From: Ideonella sp.
Lineage (GTDB): Bacteria; Pseudomonadota; Gammaproteobacteria; Burkholderiales; Burkholderiaceae_C
DNA: 64,000 nt
Direction: 5' to 3'
Assembly (NCBI GenBank): GCA_043720415.1
Contig: JAYSSS010000085.1
Span: 27,866 to 91,865, forward strand
A model generated the notes under the pieces. That model ran no database searches, was not told where the DNA came from, and was given only the letters and a program-made list of their open reading frames with translations. Shown here one piece after another: positions 1 through 10,485 of the stretch. A program made the translations under genes and the position numbers. How positions within the stretch are numbered: position 1 is the stretch's first letter; every line of letters starts with the position of its first letter.

Positions 1-1141
1 CCACGGTGATGCCGGCGGCCACTGCGGCGCGCGCGGCCATGGCCAGTGGATCGGTTTGCCAGCTGTTGGTCGAGCCAGCAGACAGGCTCAGGTTGATGAC
101 CCGGATGTTGTATTCCTTGGCTCGGTAGATCACCCACTGCAGGCCTTCGATGACATCGCTCAAGGTGCCGGTGCCGGTGTCACCGAGCACCTTCACGTCG
201 TAGATCTTGGCGCCCGGGGCAATCCCCGCCGGGATGACACCGCTGTCGATGGCGGTGTTGATCATCATGTCGTACTCGATGCCGGCAGCGATGCTGGCGA
301 CATGGGTGCCATGGCCATAGCGGTCTTGCATGACCGTGGCACCACTGTTGTTGATCGCGCTTTCGTAGCTGGCCAGTGTGCTGCTGCCCGGCGTCCAGGA
401 GGCGACAGTGCTGGCGCCGGTGGTCCAGTGGGTGGCCGTGCTGGTCAGCATCTGCACCGACTTGACCACCCGTTTGATCAGGCTCTGGTGCGCGTTGGAC
501 ACGCCCGAATCGAGCACGGCAATGCCGATGCCGGCGCCGTCCAGGCCGGTGTAAGGGTTGATGCCAGTCAGCACATTGAGGCCGCTGTAGGTGCGCACCG
601 TGGCCGATGCGGCGCCGGTCGTCAGCTCAAGCTGCGTGGCCGTGCGCGAGGTTCGCCGATTGGGCACCAGGCTCGCCACATCGGCGCGATCGGCCAGGCG
701 GTTGACCATCGCCGCCGGCAATTGAATGGTGGCCGCAGCGATGAAAGGATGCAGCCGGTGCACCGAGCCCCCCAGGCGCAGCACCTCGGCGCACTGGGCG
801 CTGAGCTCCGGGTCACTGCCATCGCCCACCATCAGCAATTGCACGTGCTTGGCGCCCTTGATGTCGCGCGACCAAGGCGTGCCGGGGCGTGCCTTGGCCA
901 ACTCAAGGTGCAGATCGTCGGCCAGCTTGCCCCGCACGGACTGTGTGGCTTGTTGTGCGGCTTGTTGTGCGGCTTGAGCGGCCAAAGCAGGCGGCGTCGC
1001 CTGTGCGCGCAGCGACAGCGCCATGCCGGCCATGGCCAGCGACAGCGCCAGCACCGTGGTTTGAAGCTTTTGCACCAGCCCCGTGGTCGCGATGGGGATG
1101 TGTGGGTGTGCGGTGTGAGCTGCCTGTATGCGCTGAACCAT
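1..1141 (-). CDS. S8 (subtilisin-like) serine peptidase, paralog 1; 3' part runs off the window
   Basis: Not in the ORF track. Manual translation from ATG 1141 (SD AGAGGGG) gives a signal-like N-terminus, propeptide, GIGIAVLDSG (catalytic Asp), DRYGHGTHVASIAAG (catalytic His) and AKEYNIRVINLSL; colinear with the adjacent paralog. Confidence 0.9.
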   Translation of the reverse strand, partial: MVQRIQAAHTAHPHIPIATTGLVQKLQTTVLALSLAMAGMALSLRAQATPPALAAQAAQQAAQQATQSVRGKLADDLHLELAKARPGTPWSRDIKGAKHVQLLMVGDGSDPELSAQCAEVLRLGGSVHRLHPFIAAATIQLPAAMVNRLADRADVASLVPNRRTSRTATQLELTTGAASATVRTYSGLNVLTGINPYTGLDGAGIGIAVLDSGVSNAHQSLIKRVVKSVQMLTSTATHWTTGASTVASWTPGSSTLASYESAINNSGATVMQDRYGHGTHVASIAAGIEYDMMINTAIDSGVIPAGIAPGAKIYDVKVLGDTGTGTLSDVIEGLQWVIYRAKEYNIRVINLSLSAGSTNSWQTDPLAMAARAAVAAGITV

Positions 1142-1373
1142 GGTGACCCCTCTTTGAAACTGTCGACATTGACCGTGCTGCGCGCCAGGCGCTTGCCTGG
1201 CTTGCTGCTTGGGCTATCGACAGAAAAGCGCCGCCAATGCAGGGTATTTCTCACACTCGGCCGCCGCCATGGGCGAGCGCGACATCAAGGCCCGCGATGG
1301 GCCTCGCGCAGACGTGAAAAAAGCCGCAACCGGCAGGCCGATGCGGCTTCACATTGCGGGCGCCTGTGTCAGC

Positions 1374-3659
1374 TCAAAACGGCTCACCCACCAGCGTGCG
1401 ATCGGTTTCACTGAGCACCAAACCTTCGCTGAGCACCAGTCCCTCACTCAACACCAGGCCTTTGCTGAGCACCAGGCCCTCGCTCAGCACCAGGCCTTCG
1501 CTCAAGACCAGGCCTTCACTCAGCACCAGGCCCTGGCTCAGGGTGACGCCATTGAGCAAGGTCGTCCCACTGCCTGCCGCCAGCCAGCCGGCCAGGGTGG
1601 CCGAGGGCATGAACACCCCGGTCTTGGCGGCCATGGAACTGTTGCCCACCAGCTTGTCGGCTCGCACCACGCCGGCCGTGAGCAGGTTCAGGCTGTTGGG
1701 TGAGGTCTCGCTGAAACCCTTGATGAAGGTGTTGGCGGCAATGCCGGTGCCCGACCAGTAGGTCGGAACGCGCTTGCGCACGATGCCATTGGCCCAGACC
1801 AGGCGCGGATCCCAGACGCCCTGGTTCTTGGAAAAGAGGTTGGCACCGGTGAGCACATGGTTGCCGCCGAGGGTGACGATGCGTGACCAGCTGAAGGCAC
1901 TGCCGCCAATGGTGGTGCTGGTGGCCGGCAGCACGGCCCCCGAGGCCAGCATCGAGGCCCCCAGCGCCAGGCTGCCGTTGCCGATGACGGTGGCCAGATC
2001 GGTGCGCAGCGCACGCGCCATGGCCACGGCACCGGGAATGTTGATCATGCCGGCGCCTTGCTGCAGCAAGTTGGCATTGGGCAATGCCTGCGCTGAGTAC
2101 TGCAAGATGGCCTTGATCAAGGGCGGCGTCAGCCCAGGGTTGGCCTGCAGCATCAGCGCCACCGCGCCGGTGACCACCGGTGTGGCCACCGAGGTGCCGC
2201 TCAGCCACATCTGCGTGCTGCCCTTGGGGATGTCGTTGACGTTAGGCGTTAGCACCAACTCGTTGTAGAAGGCGTTGGCCAGCCCGCTCCAGCCATAGCC
2301 GGTTTGGCTGTTGCTGTCGGTGGCCATGGCGCTGCGCATGCGGTTGCCCGGCGCCACCAGATCGGGCTTGAGCAGGTTGTCTCGGGTGATGGCGCCATTG
2401 CTGCTCGTGAAGGCACCGCGTGTGGGCCCGCGCGAGCTGAAGCGGTTGATGACGTCGTCGGCACGCGCCAGGGTGCCCCGCGAATTGGCCGAACCGACGG
2501 TGATGACGCTCGGGTCGTGGCCGGGCGAGCCAATGGCACCGTACTGCTCGCGATTGCTGGCGTCGTAGCCGAAATTGCCACCCGCCACCACCACGGTGAT
2601 GCCGGCAGCCGTGGCGCTACGCGCCGCCAAGGCCAAGGGATCGACCCGCCAGCTGCTGCGCGAGGCTGCGGCCAGGCTGAGGTTCATCACCCGAATGTTG
2701 TATTCCTTGGCGTGGTAGAGCACCCAGTCGATGCCCTCGAGCACCTGGCTGATGGTGCCCACGCCGCATTGATCGATGACCTGCACGCTGTACAGGTTGG
2801 CACCCGGCGCCAGGCCGGCGTTGGTGATGGTGCTCAGCGTGGAGCCGTTGGCATTGAGCTGCGTTGTCTCGCGGCCGGCAGCGATGGCCGCCACATGGGT
2901 GCCGTGGCCGTAGAGGTCGTACCACACCGTGCTGGCCGGCACGGTGACCTTGGTCTCATACGCCACTGCGGCGGTCGAGCCCGGTGTCAGCGCTGTCGGG
3001 CCGGTGAGGGTGGCGCCGGCAATCGCCCCGCCACAGTTGCTGTCGAGCATGGATACGCTCTTCAGTACGCGCGATGTTCCCGCCGCATTCTTGAACGCAA
3101 AGTGCGTGGGCATGACGCCCGAATCGAGCACCGCAATGCCCATGCCCTTGCCATCAAGACCGGTGTAGGCCGCGGTCGCGCTGTAGCTGCGTATCGCGCT
3201 CTCGGTGGCACCGGTCATGCCCTCGAGCTCGCTGCCGGCGCGCTGGGTGGCACGGTTGGGCGCAAGGCCCGTGACCTCAGGCCGATCGGCGATGGCCTTG
3301 AGCTTTGCCGCCGGCAACTGCACGGTCGCCGCAGCGATGTACTGGTGCACCCGAAGCACCTTGCCACCCAGGCGCTGCACGTGGTCGCGCAGATTGGCCA
3401 GGTCGGGCTGGCTGCCATCGGTGACCACACCACCTCGACATGGCGCTGGCCATTCATCTGCTTGGACCAGTGCGCAGCACCGCTGGGCCGATCCACCTCA
3501 TCGCTCAAGTCGCTGTCCACCTTGTGGTGCGGTGCGGCCAGCGCTGCTGTTGCCACGGCCAGGCTGCTGGCCGCCAGGGCCAGGCTGAGGTGGCGCCCGA
3601 GACCAAGGCGGCAGTCGCGACGCGGCCACGGCTTGGCCGGTAAAAAAGAAATCCAGCAT
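1374..3659 (-). CDS. S8 serine peptidase, paralog 2, with C-terminal GLVLSE repeats; 5' end carries two compensating frameshifts
   Basis: Triad motifs AVLDSG, YGHGTHVA, SGTSVATP in ORF 1374..3428. AGGAG plus ATG at 3659. Signal peptide/propeptide lies in another frame (ORF 3215..3556) and aligns with paralog 1. Confidence 0.88.
1407..1550 (-). repeat. 18-bp coding tandem repeat, about 8 x G(L/V)(V/T)LS(E/Q/K)
   Basis: Protein end reads GVTLSQ-GLVLSE-GLVLSE-GLVLSE-GLVLSK-GLVLSE-GLVLSE-GLVLSE; units differ mainly at synonymous positions. Confidence 0.95.
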
Positions 3660-3914
3660 GCGCTGCTCCTGAGTGAGTGGGTTGGCCGCCATGCGCTCGC
3701 CGGTGCGGCTCAATAGGGTATCGGCCGATCAGCAGGACAAATGCAGTGCATCTTTCACGATCAAGCGCGACTGGCGCGCTGATTCACACAGCACATGACG
3801 GCGTCCAGCAGATTGGCGCATCGCAGAATCACACCAACACCTTGGCTGGACCGACCCTCACCGTGGGTGGATCCAGCCAAATGCAGCGCCCCTTTTTGCG
3901 ACCCCTGCGCCCCC

Positions 3915-5708
3915 ATGCCGACCGCCACCCTCGACAAAACCGCCCTGCGCCAAAAATACCTGCAAGAGCGCGACAAACGCTTGCGTGCCGACGGCAACGA
4001 CCAGTACCAGCGCGTGGCCGGCAGGCTGGCGCATGACCTGCACGACCCCTACCTGCCGGTGCAGCCGCGCGCGCCGCGAACCGGCCACGTCAGCTTTGCC
4101 TTCATCGGCGGCGGCTTTGCCGGCCTTTGCACCGGCGCGCGGCTGAAGGAGGCCGGCGTCAATGACGTCTGCATCATCGAAAAGGGCGGTGATTTCGGCG
4201 GCACCTGGTACTGGAACCGCTACCCTGGCGCGCAGTGCGATACGGCGTCGTTGATCTATCTGCCGCTGCTGGAAGAAACCGGCCACCGGCCCAGCGAAAA
4301 GTACGCGCACGGCCCGGAAATTCAGACCCATTGCCGGCGCATCGGCGAGCACTTTGGCCTGTACGACGGCGCGCTGTTTCACACTGAAGTCACCGCCTTG
4401 CACTGGGACGAGCGGGCGCTGCACTGGCGCATTCGCACCCACCGCGGCGACGACTTCAGCGCCCAGTTCATCGGCTTAGGCACGGGGCCACTGCATGTGC
4501 CCAAGTTGCCGGGCATTGCGGGCATTGAAGGCTTTGCCGGCCACAGTTTTCACACCAGCCGCTGGGACTGGGCCTACACCGGCGGCGACCCCAGGGGTGC
4601 GCCCATGCAGCACCTGGCCGACAAGCGCGTGGCCCTCATCGGCACCGGCGCCACGGCGGTGCAGGTGGTGCCGCAGCTGGCACGCGCCTGTGCCCAGTTG
4701 CTGGTGTTCCAGCGCACGCCTTCGTCGGTGGATGTGCGCAACAACGCACCCATAGACTCGGACTGGTTTGCCGGCATCGCCACGCCCGGCTGGCAGCAGC
4801 GCTGGCTGGAAAACTTCACCGCCAACCAAGCCGGTGGCAACGCCGACATCGACCTGGTGCAAGACGGCTGGACCGACCTGGCGCGACGCATTCGCGCAGC
4901 GATTGCGCAACTGCCGCGTGAGCAGCGCAGCGTGTCCAACATGCTGGCCGCCTACGAGGATGCGGACCATCAAAAGATGGAGGAGATTCGCGCCCGCGCC
5001 GACGCCCTGGTGCATGACGCGGCCACAGCGCAAAAACTCAAGGCCTGGTACCGCCAGTTGTGCAAGCGGCCCTGCTTTCATGATGAGTACCTGCTGGCCT
5101 TCAACCGGCCCAACGTACGCTTGATCGACACCGATGGCCAAGGCGTGGAGCGCATCAGCGCCGATGCGGTGGTGGTGGCCGGCCACGCCCACCCGGTGGA
5201 TTGCATCATTTACGCCTCTGGCTTCGAGGTGGGCACGGCCTATGCGCGGCGCGCCGGGTTTGACATGCAGGGGCGCAGCGGCCTGGCTTTGTCCGCACAC
5301 TGGCACGCGGGCATGCGCAGCCTGCATGGCATCCATGTGCATGGCTTTCCCAACGCCTTCTTTGTGCAGGCCACTCAAGGCGCAAATTTGATTTCCAACG
5401 TGCCGCACAACCTGACCGAATCGGCCCGCACCATTGCCGCCATGGTGCGCCATGCGCGTGAAAAGGGCGCACTTGAAATAGAGGTCAGCCCTGAGGCCGA
5501 AGAAGCCTGGGTGCAACTGATGCTGACCAGCGCTGGGCGCATGACCCAGTCACCCGACTGCACCCCCGGCTACTACAACAACGAAGGCCGCGACCCTGGG
5601 CGCGCGGCCAGGCTGGCGGTGGGCTACCCGGCGGGGCCTAGCGCGTATTTCAAATACCTGGACGAATGGCGAAGCAGCGGTCGGTTTGAGGGTTTGCGCA
5701 TTGCCTGA
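3915..5708 (+). CDS. Baeyer-Villiger monooxygenase (class B flavoprotein)
   Basis: GGGFAG, GGTWYWNRYPG, BVMO fingerprint FAGHSFHTSRW, second Rossmann motif IGTGATAVQ; likely start ATG 3915. Confidence 0.92.
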   Translation: MPTATLDKTALRQKYLQERDKRLRADGNDQYQRVAGRLAHDLHDPYLPVQPRAPRTGHVSFAFIGGGFAGLCTGARLKEAGVNDVCIIEKGGDFGGTWYWNRYPGAQCDTASLIYLPLLEETGHRPSEKYAHGPEIQTHCRRIGEHFGLYDGALFHTEVTALHWDERALHWRIRTHRGDDFSAQFIGLGTGPLHVPKLPGIAGIEGFAGHSFHTSRWDWAYTGGDPRGAPMQHLADKRVALIGTGATAVQVVPQLARACAQLLVFQRTPSSVDVRNNAPIDSDWFAGIATPGWQQRWLENFTANQAGGNADIDLVQDGWTDLARRIRAAIAQLPREQRSVSNMLAAYEDADHQKMEEIRARADALVHDAATAQKLKAWYRQLCKRPCFHDEYLLAFNRPNVRLIDTDGQGVERISADAVVVAGHAHPVDCIIYASGFEVGTAYARRAGFDMQGRSGLALSAHWHAGMRSLHGIHVHGFPNAFFVQATQGANLISNVPHNLTESARTIAAMVRHAREKGALEIEVSPEAEEAWVQLMLTSAGRMTQSPDCTPGYYNNEGRDPGRAARLAVGYPAGPSAYFKYLDEWRSSGRFEGLRIA

Positions 5709-5724
5709 ACAGCACACTGCCGCC

Positions 5725-6630
5725 ATGCCTTTGCCCAGCCACCTTAGCCCCGCCGCGTTCGACGCCCTGCACGACGAGCCCGCTGCGTGGCGCGATGAGA
5801 TCGCGGCGCTGGCGCACACGCTGGGCAGCGCCACGCTGTCGCCCATCAGCGAAGGCACGGCGCTGGTCTCGCGCATGGCCGGTGCACGCATCCTCAAGGT
5901 CTATCCGCCCTTCCTGCGTGACCATTTCGATTTCGAGCGGGCGATGCTGGGCCGTTTGCATGGGCAGTTGGCCCTGCCCACCCCGCAGCGCCTGGCCGAC
6001 GGCATGCATCAAGGCTGGCCCTACCTGGTGATGGGCGAGCTCAGCGGCACGCCGCTGACTGCCGTGTGGCCGGGCCTGCGCGAAGCGCAGCGCCTGGCGC
6101 TTTTGCATGACCTGGGCGCGCTGGCGGCACAGGTGCATGCATTGCCGGTGGACCAGATGGCGGCGCTGGCACCGCCCTGGCCCGCCTTCCTCGCGCGCCA
6201 GAAAGAGCGCTGTGCGGATCGGCAGCGCCGCACCGGCTTGCCAGCGCATCTGCTGGACCAGCTTGCGCACTTCCTGCAAGGCCCCGTGCCCCAAGGCCCG
6301 GACGTGCTGCTGACCGGCGAATACACGCCCTTCAACTTGCTGGCCACAGAGGGCCGGCTGGCCGCGATGTTCGACTTCGGCGACGGCCTGGTCGGCCCGC
6401 GTGAATACGACTGGCTGGGCCCGCTGTGCTTCCTGGCCGCCGGCCATGCCGCGCGCTGCACGGCCTTCTTCGAGGGCTACGGCGCTTGGGCCAACCCTGA
6501 AACCAGAGTGCAATTGCTGCGCCTGTTGCTGCTGCACCGCTACAGCGCGCTGCCCTTGCAGATCCAGTTCGCCGGCTGGCAACTGGCGCCGGACTTTGCG
6601 ACGCTGGCGAAGTGGATCTGGCCGGTGTAG
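5725..6630 (+). CDS. Aminoglycoside phosphotransferase/choline kinase-like protein
   Basis: ILKVY, WPYLVM, Brenner-like LLTGEYTPFNLL, MFDFGD, GPREYD. Confidence 0.8.
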   Translation: MPLPSHLSPAAFDALHDEPAAWRDEIAALAHTLGSATLSPISEGTALVSRMAGARILKVYPPFLRDHFDFERAMLGRLHGQLALPTPQRLADGMHQGWPYLVMGELSGTPLTAVWPGLREAQRLALLHDLGALAAQVHALPVDQMAALAPPWPAFLARQKERCADRQRRTGLPAHLLDQLAHFLQGPVPQGPDVLLTGEYTPFNLLATEGRLAAMFDFGDGLVGPREYDWLGPLCFLAAGHAARCTAFFEGYGAWANPETRVQLLRLLLLHRYSALPLQIQFAGWQLAPDFATLAKWIWPV

Positions 6631-6697
6631 CCAGAAGGGCGTGTAGCCACCAGGGCCTGTGGCGAGAAGGGCCTGTGGCGAGAAGGGCCTGAGGCGA
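6626..6697. repeat. Degenerate 16-bp tandem repeat (about 4.5 copies) between convergent genes
   Basis: tgtagccagaagggcg|tgtagccaccagggcc|tgtggcgagaagggcc|tgtggcgagaagggcc|tgaggcga. Confidence 0.85.
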
Positions 6698-6731
6698 TTC
6701 AAAAGATGGGTTGGCGCAGGGCTAACAAGGC

Positions 6732-8507
6732 TCAGGCGCGACCGGCACGCCGATTCACGAAGCGCTTTTCGGGCTCATACGAAAACACATCGTGCACATG
6801 GCCGGCGCGGATGCGCTGTTGGTGGCCTTGCCAGAAGGCGGCGTCCAGCAGATCGGCGTGGTGCTTCATGAAGACCTCGCGCACCAGGCTGTTGCCCAGC
6901 AAGAAGGGCCCGAAGGTCTCGGGGAACACATCCTTGGGGCCGACGCGATACCAGACCTCGCCCGACATTTCCTCTTCCTCGTTGCGCGGCTCGGGCACGT
7001 GGCGGAAGACGCAATCGGTGATGTATTCGATCTCGTCGTAGTCGTAGAACACCACCTTGCCGTGGCGGGTGACGCCAAAGTTCTTCCACAGCATGTCGCC
7101 CGGAAAGATGTTGGCCGCGACCAAATCCTTGATGGCGTTGCCGTACTCCACCACCGCATGCGCCACCTGCTCGGGCGTGGCGTCGTGCAGGTAGATGTTG
7201 AGCGGCACCATGCGGCGCTCGATGTAGAGGTGCTTGATGATGAGCACCGGCTCGCCGCTGCTGGCGTCGTCCTCGATCTGGCTGGGGCAGTAGTGCTTCA
7301 ACTCGGCCAGCAGCGCCTGGCTGATGCGCGCGCGCGGAAAAGCCACGCTGGTGTATTCCAGCGTGTCGGCCATGCGGCCGACACGGTCGTGCGTTTTCAC
7401 CAGCAAATACTTGCCCTTGATCTGCTCGCGGCTGGTGTCTTTTTGCAGCGGATAGAAATCCTTGATGACCTTGAAGACATAGGGGAAGGAGGGCAGATCG
7501 AAGACCAGCATGACCATGCCCTTGATGCCGGGCGAGATGTCAAAGCTGTCACTGGAATGGCGCAGGTGGTAGAGAAAGTCGCGGTAGAAACTGTTCTTGC
7601 CCTGCTTTTGCAGGCCGAGCGCGGCATACAACTCGCTGCGCGGCTTGCGCGGCATGAGTGAGCGCAAAAACTGCACATAGGCGCTGGGGATGGGCATGTC
7701 GACCATGAAGTAGGCGCGGGCAAAGCTGAAGAGCATCAGCAGGTCGTCTTCATCAAGCAGCACGGCATCGATCACCAGCTTGCCGTTCTGTCCATGCAGC
7801 AGCGGCAGGGCAAAGGGCGTGGCGGCAAAGCCATTGACGATCTTGCCGATGATGTAGGCGCCCTTGTTGCGAAAGAACAAGGAGCTCAACACCTGGATCT
7901 GAAAGTTGGCCCGCAGGCGCACCGCGCCGGTGTGGGCGCGCATGCCGGCCAGCACATCATCGATGTCGCGCCCCAGATCCTCAAATGGACGCGCAAGTTG
8001 AAAGTTATCAACGATGCGCAGCAGGGTCGGGCGCATGTCGTCTTTGGTCGGGTAGTAAGCGCGATAGGTGGGCTGGGCGGCGAGCTCGTCGTTTTCGATG
8101 TACTCGGTACTCACGGCCGGGCGCACGAAGATGAAATCGTTGCGAAAGTAGCTGCGGTGCAGGATGCGCGTGGTGACCGAATTGAAGAAGGTCTCGGCCA
8201 GCTCGGGCTGGTGGTGATCAACCAGCAGGCCGATGTAGTGCAGCTTGACCTGGCTCCAGGTGTCGCCCTGCAGCTTGGCAATGTCGAAGTCGCGCTGCAG
8301 GCGGGCGATGGCTTCATCGACGCGCTTGTCATAGAACTCGATGCGCTCGCGCTGGGCGCGCTGCTGGCCATGCCAATCGGCGTCCTCAAAGCGCTGCTTG
8401 GCGGCGCGGTTGGTCTGCGAAAACAGCTCGTAGTGGCGATTGAAGCCATCGAGCAGGGCCTGCGCAATATCGAAGGCGCGGCTGTCGGTGAGGCGGTGCG
8501 GGAACAT
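6732..8507 (-). CDS. aceK: Isocitrate dehydrogenase kinase/phosphatase
   Basis: 591 aa; [60 protein letters not shown]. Confidence 0.97.
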   Translation of the reverse strand: MFPHRLTDSRAFDIAQALLDGFNRHYELFSQTNRAAKQRFEDADWHGQQRAQRERIEFYDKRVDEAIARLQRDFDIAKLQGDTWSQVKLHYIGLLVDHHQPELAETFFNSVTTRILHRSYFRNDFIFVRPAVSTEYIENDELAAQPTYRAYYPTKDDMRPTLLRIVDNFQLARPFEDLGRDIDDVLAGMRAHTGAVRLRANFQIQVLSSLFFRNKGAYIIGKIVNGFAATPFALPLLHGQNGKLVIDAVLLDEDDLLMLFSFARAYFMVDMPIPSAYVQFLRSLMPRKPRSELYAALGLQKQGKNSFYRDFLYHLRHSSDSFDISPGIKGMVMLVFDLPSFPYVFKVIKDFYPLQKDTSREQIKGKYLLVKTHDRVGRMADTLEYTSVAFPRARISQALLAELKHYCPSQIEDDASSGEPVLIIKHLYIERRMVPLNIYLHDATPEQVAHAVVEYGNAIKDLVAANIFPGDMLWKNFGVTRHGKVVFYDYDEIEYITDCVFRHVPEPRNEEEEMSGEVWYRVGPKDVFPETFGPFLLGNSLVREVFMKHHADLLDAAFWQGHQQRIRAGHVHDVFSYEPEKRFVNRRAGRA

Positions 8508-8541
8508 GGGGGTCTGCGACGTTCCGCGTGGGGTGCTGGGC

Positions 8542-8554
8542 TCAGTTTACGGGC
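8542..8554 (-). promoter_or_regulatory. Putative -10 region of aceK (GCCCGTAAACTGA)
   Basis: TAAACT-containing 13-mer about 35 nt upstream of the ATG; the identical 13-mer lies upstream of can. Confidence 0.5.
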
Positions 8555-8636
8555 CGGTGTTGGGCCTTGAGGCGCCGGCCCTGTGGCCCGCACCCATGGG
8601 CGGCGCGGCCATGTCGGGCTGGCGCAGCGGCCGGGC

Positions 8637-9431
8637 TCAGGCCCTGCCCAGCAGGCGCTGGCGCAAGCGCTGGCGCTGCTTGAAAAACGCCTCATCGAGC
8701 AGCAGACCGGCGACGATCAAATCCGCGCGCGCCCCCGCATCGGGCAGACGCAAATAGCCTTTGAGCAGGCCTTCGCGTTCGAAGCCGAGCTTCTCGGCCA
8801 TCTGCAAGGCGGCCAGGTTGTCGGCGTAAAAGTAGGCGGTCAAGCGTGCCACTTGAAGCTGTGTGAACAGGAAGTCGAACACCAGGTGCGCGGCTTCCAG
8901 CGCCAACCACGGTGAGGCCTTGGCCGCCAAGCCTGGCAACACGCCAATCAAAAATTCGCCCCGCCCATGCTGCAAGGAAATGTCCACCACGCTGACGCAG
9001 CCGCAGGCCTGGCCGGCGGACTCGATCGTCCAGTGCAGGGCCTGGGATTCCTCGGGCAGTGCCCAATGCTCGCGCACCAGCAGGGCACGCAAGGCCTCGT
9101 CGTGCTCGGGCAGCGTGGCGGCCATGCGGTTGAAGCGCTGCATGAAATCGGTGTCCTGCCAGGCCTGGCGCAACAGCGGCAGGTCTTGCGGGCCGCGGCG
9201 GCGCAACACGGCGCTGCGGCCGGCCAGGGGCTGCCACCAAAACGGCGCGTGCTGCCAGGCCAGGTGTTGCAAACGCTGTTGCTGGGCGGGACGGCCGCTG
9301 GCGTCTGCGCACGCCTCGGCGAGCAGGCGCGCAAGCAGTGTGCGGGCCTCATCAATGTGGCCGCGACGCCGCATGTCGCGCAGCTGCGTGGCCAGGTCCA
9401 GGCTTGGCCGGGGTGCCGCCGGGCTCAGCAC
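8637..9431 (-). CDS. GNAT (RimJ/RimL-like) acyltransferase with N-terminal helical extension
   Basis: GRGEFLIG, RLTAYFYADNLAALQMAEKLGFEREGLLK. Confidence 0.8.
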   Translation of the reverse strand: MLSPAAPRPSLDLATQLRDMRRRGHIDEARTLLARLLAEACADASGRPAQQQRLQHLAWQHAPFWWQPLAGRSAVLRRRGPQDLPLLRQAWQDTDFMQRFNRMAATLPEHDEALRALLVREHWALPEESQALHWTIESAGQACGCVSVVDISLQHGRGEFLIGVLPGLAAKASPWLALEAAHLVFDFLFTQLQVARLTAYFYADNLAALQMAEKLGFEREGLLKGYLRLPDAGARADLIVAGLLLDEAFFKQRQRLRQRLLGRA

Positions 9432-9456
9432 GGTTGGCGCCGGCGGGCTGGCGCGA

Positions 9457-10347
9457 TCAGCACTCGCAGTGGCTGATGTAGGCGGACCCGCCGCGCGTTT
9501 GCCAGGTGCTGTATACGCCGATCAACTCGATTTGAATGTCATTGAGCTGGGCCTGGGGTGCGGCAAGCACAAGCACGCTGGACGCGTCAAGCGACATGAG
9601 TTCAAGGCTTGCAGTGGACCCGTGTGCGCTCGCGTAGCCGGTGGTCCCGTTGCTCATCGTGCTGCCCATTGGCACCAACGGGACGATCCCACCAAGCCCG
9701 TCTGCCAGCCCAATCACATCGTTGGCGCTGTAGGCCGGCGCCGCGGGCGCGGGTGGCGCTGGCAGCGGCCCCACAGCCAGCTCCATATCAGCAAAACGCA
9801 GCGTCTCAATGCCAAGGAGGTAGTCCTTGCCGTCGCGACCAGCGAGCTGGTCATGCACCACCACGCGTTGATTGGCGACGTCGTACTCGATCAGGTAATC
9901 GGCCCGGTTGCCGCGGTAGACCGCGGTGTCATTGCCCTTGCCGCCATACAAGGTGTCGTCACCGCCATTGCCGATAAGGACATCGTCACCCCCATCGCCC
10001 GACAGTGAGTAGCCCCAATCGTTGCCGATCAAAGTGTCTGCGCCCGTGGTGTAGCTGTGTTGCACGGCCTGCAAGAAGATGGGGTCATCCAGGCGCACCA
10101 GCAGGTCGGCATAGGCCAGCCATTCGACATTGACCAGGGTGTCGGCATGGGGCGAGACGCCGACGGTCACGCCAGCGCCGTTGCGGCCGATCGGCGCAGA
10201 CTGCCCGAAGTTGAAGCCGACGACATAGGTGTCCTCACCCTCCCCGCCATCGATGCGGTCCGCTCCCTTGCCGCCGTAGAGCGAGTCGTTGCCGGCAGTG
10301 CCGGTCACGACCAGGGGTTGATAGAGCTCTTCCATGTATCCGGCCAT
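9457..10347 (-). CDS. Small RTX/hemolysin-type calcium-binding protein
   Basis: GGxGxDxL nonapeptides (GTAGNDSLYGGKGADRIDGGEGEDT; GDGGDDVLIGNGGDDTLYGGKGNDT), IETLRFAD motif; no signal peptide; likely start 10347. Confidence 0.85.
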   Translation of the reverse strand: MAGYMEELYQPLVVTGTAGNDSLYGGKGADRIDGGEGEDTYVVGFNFGQSAPIGRNGAGVTVGVSPHADTLVNVEWLAYADLLVRLDDPIFLQAVQHSYTTGADTLIGNDWGYSLSGDGGDDVLIGNGGDDTLYGGKGNDTAVYRGNRADYLIEYDVANQRVVVHDQLAGRDGKDYLLGIETLRFADMELAVGPLPAPPAPAAPAYSANDVIGLADGLGGIVPLVPMGSTMSNGTTGYASAHGSTASLELMSLDASSVLVLAAPQAQLNDIQIELIGVYSTWQTRGGSAYISHCEC

Positions 10348-10485
10348 GCGCGTCCCCGAGTGATGTTGTGTGGCAATCGTTACGGCCATAGTAAGCGGCA
10401 TCTGCGTCGGCAGTCAACCTGTGTGTAAAAATCCCACACCCGTTTCGGCCATTTCATCGCAGGCCTTGCAGCGTGACGCAAGCGC

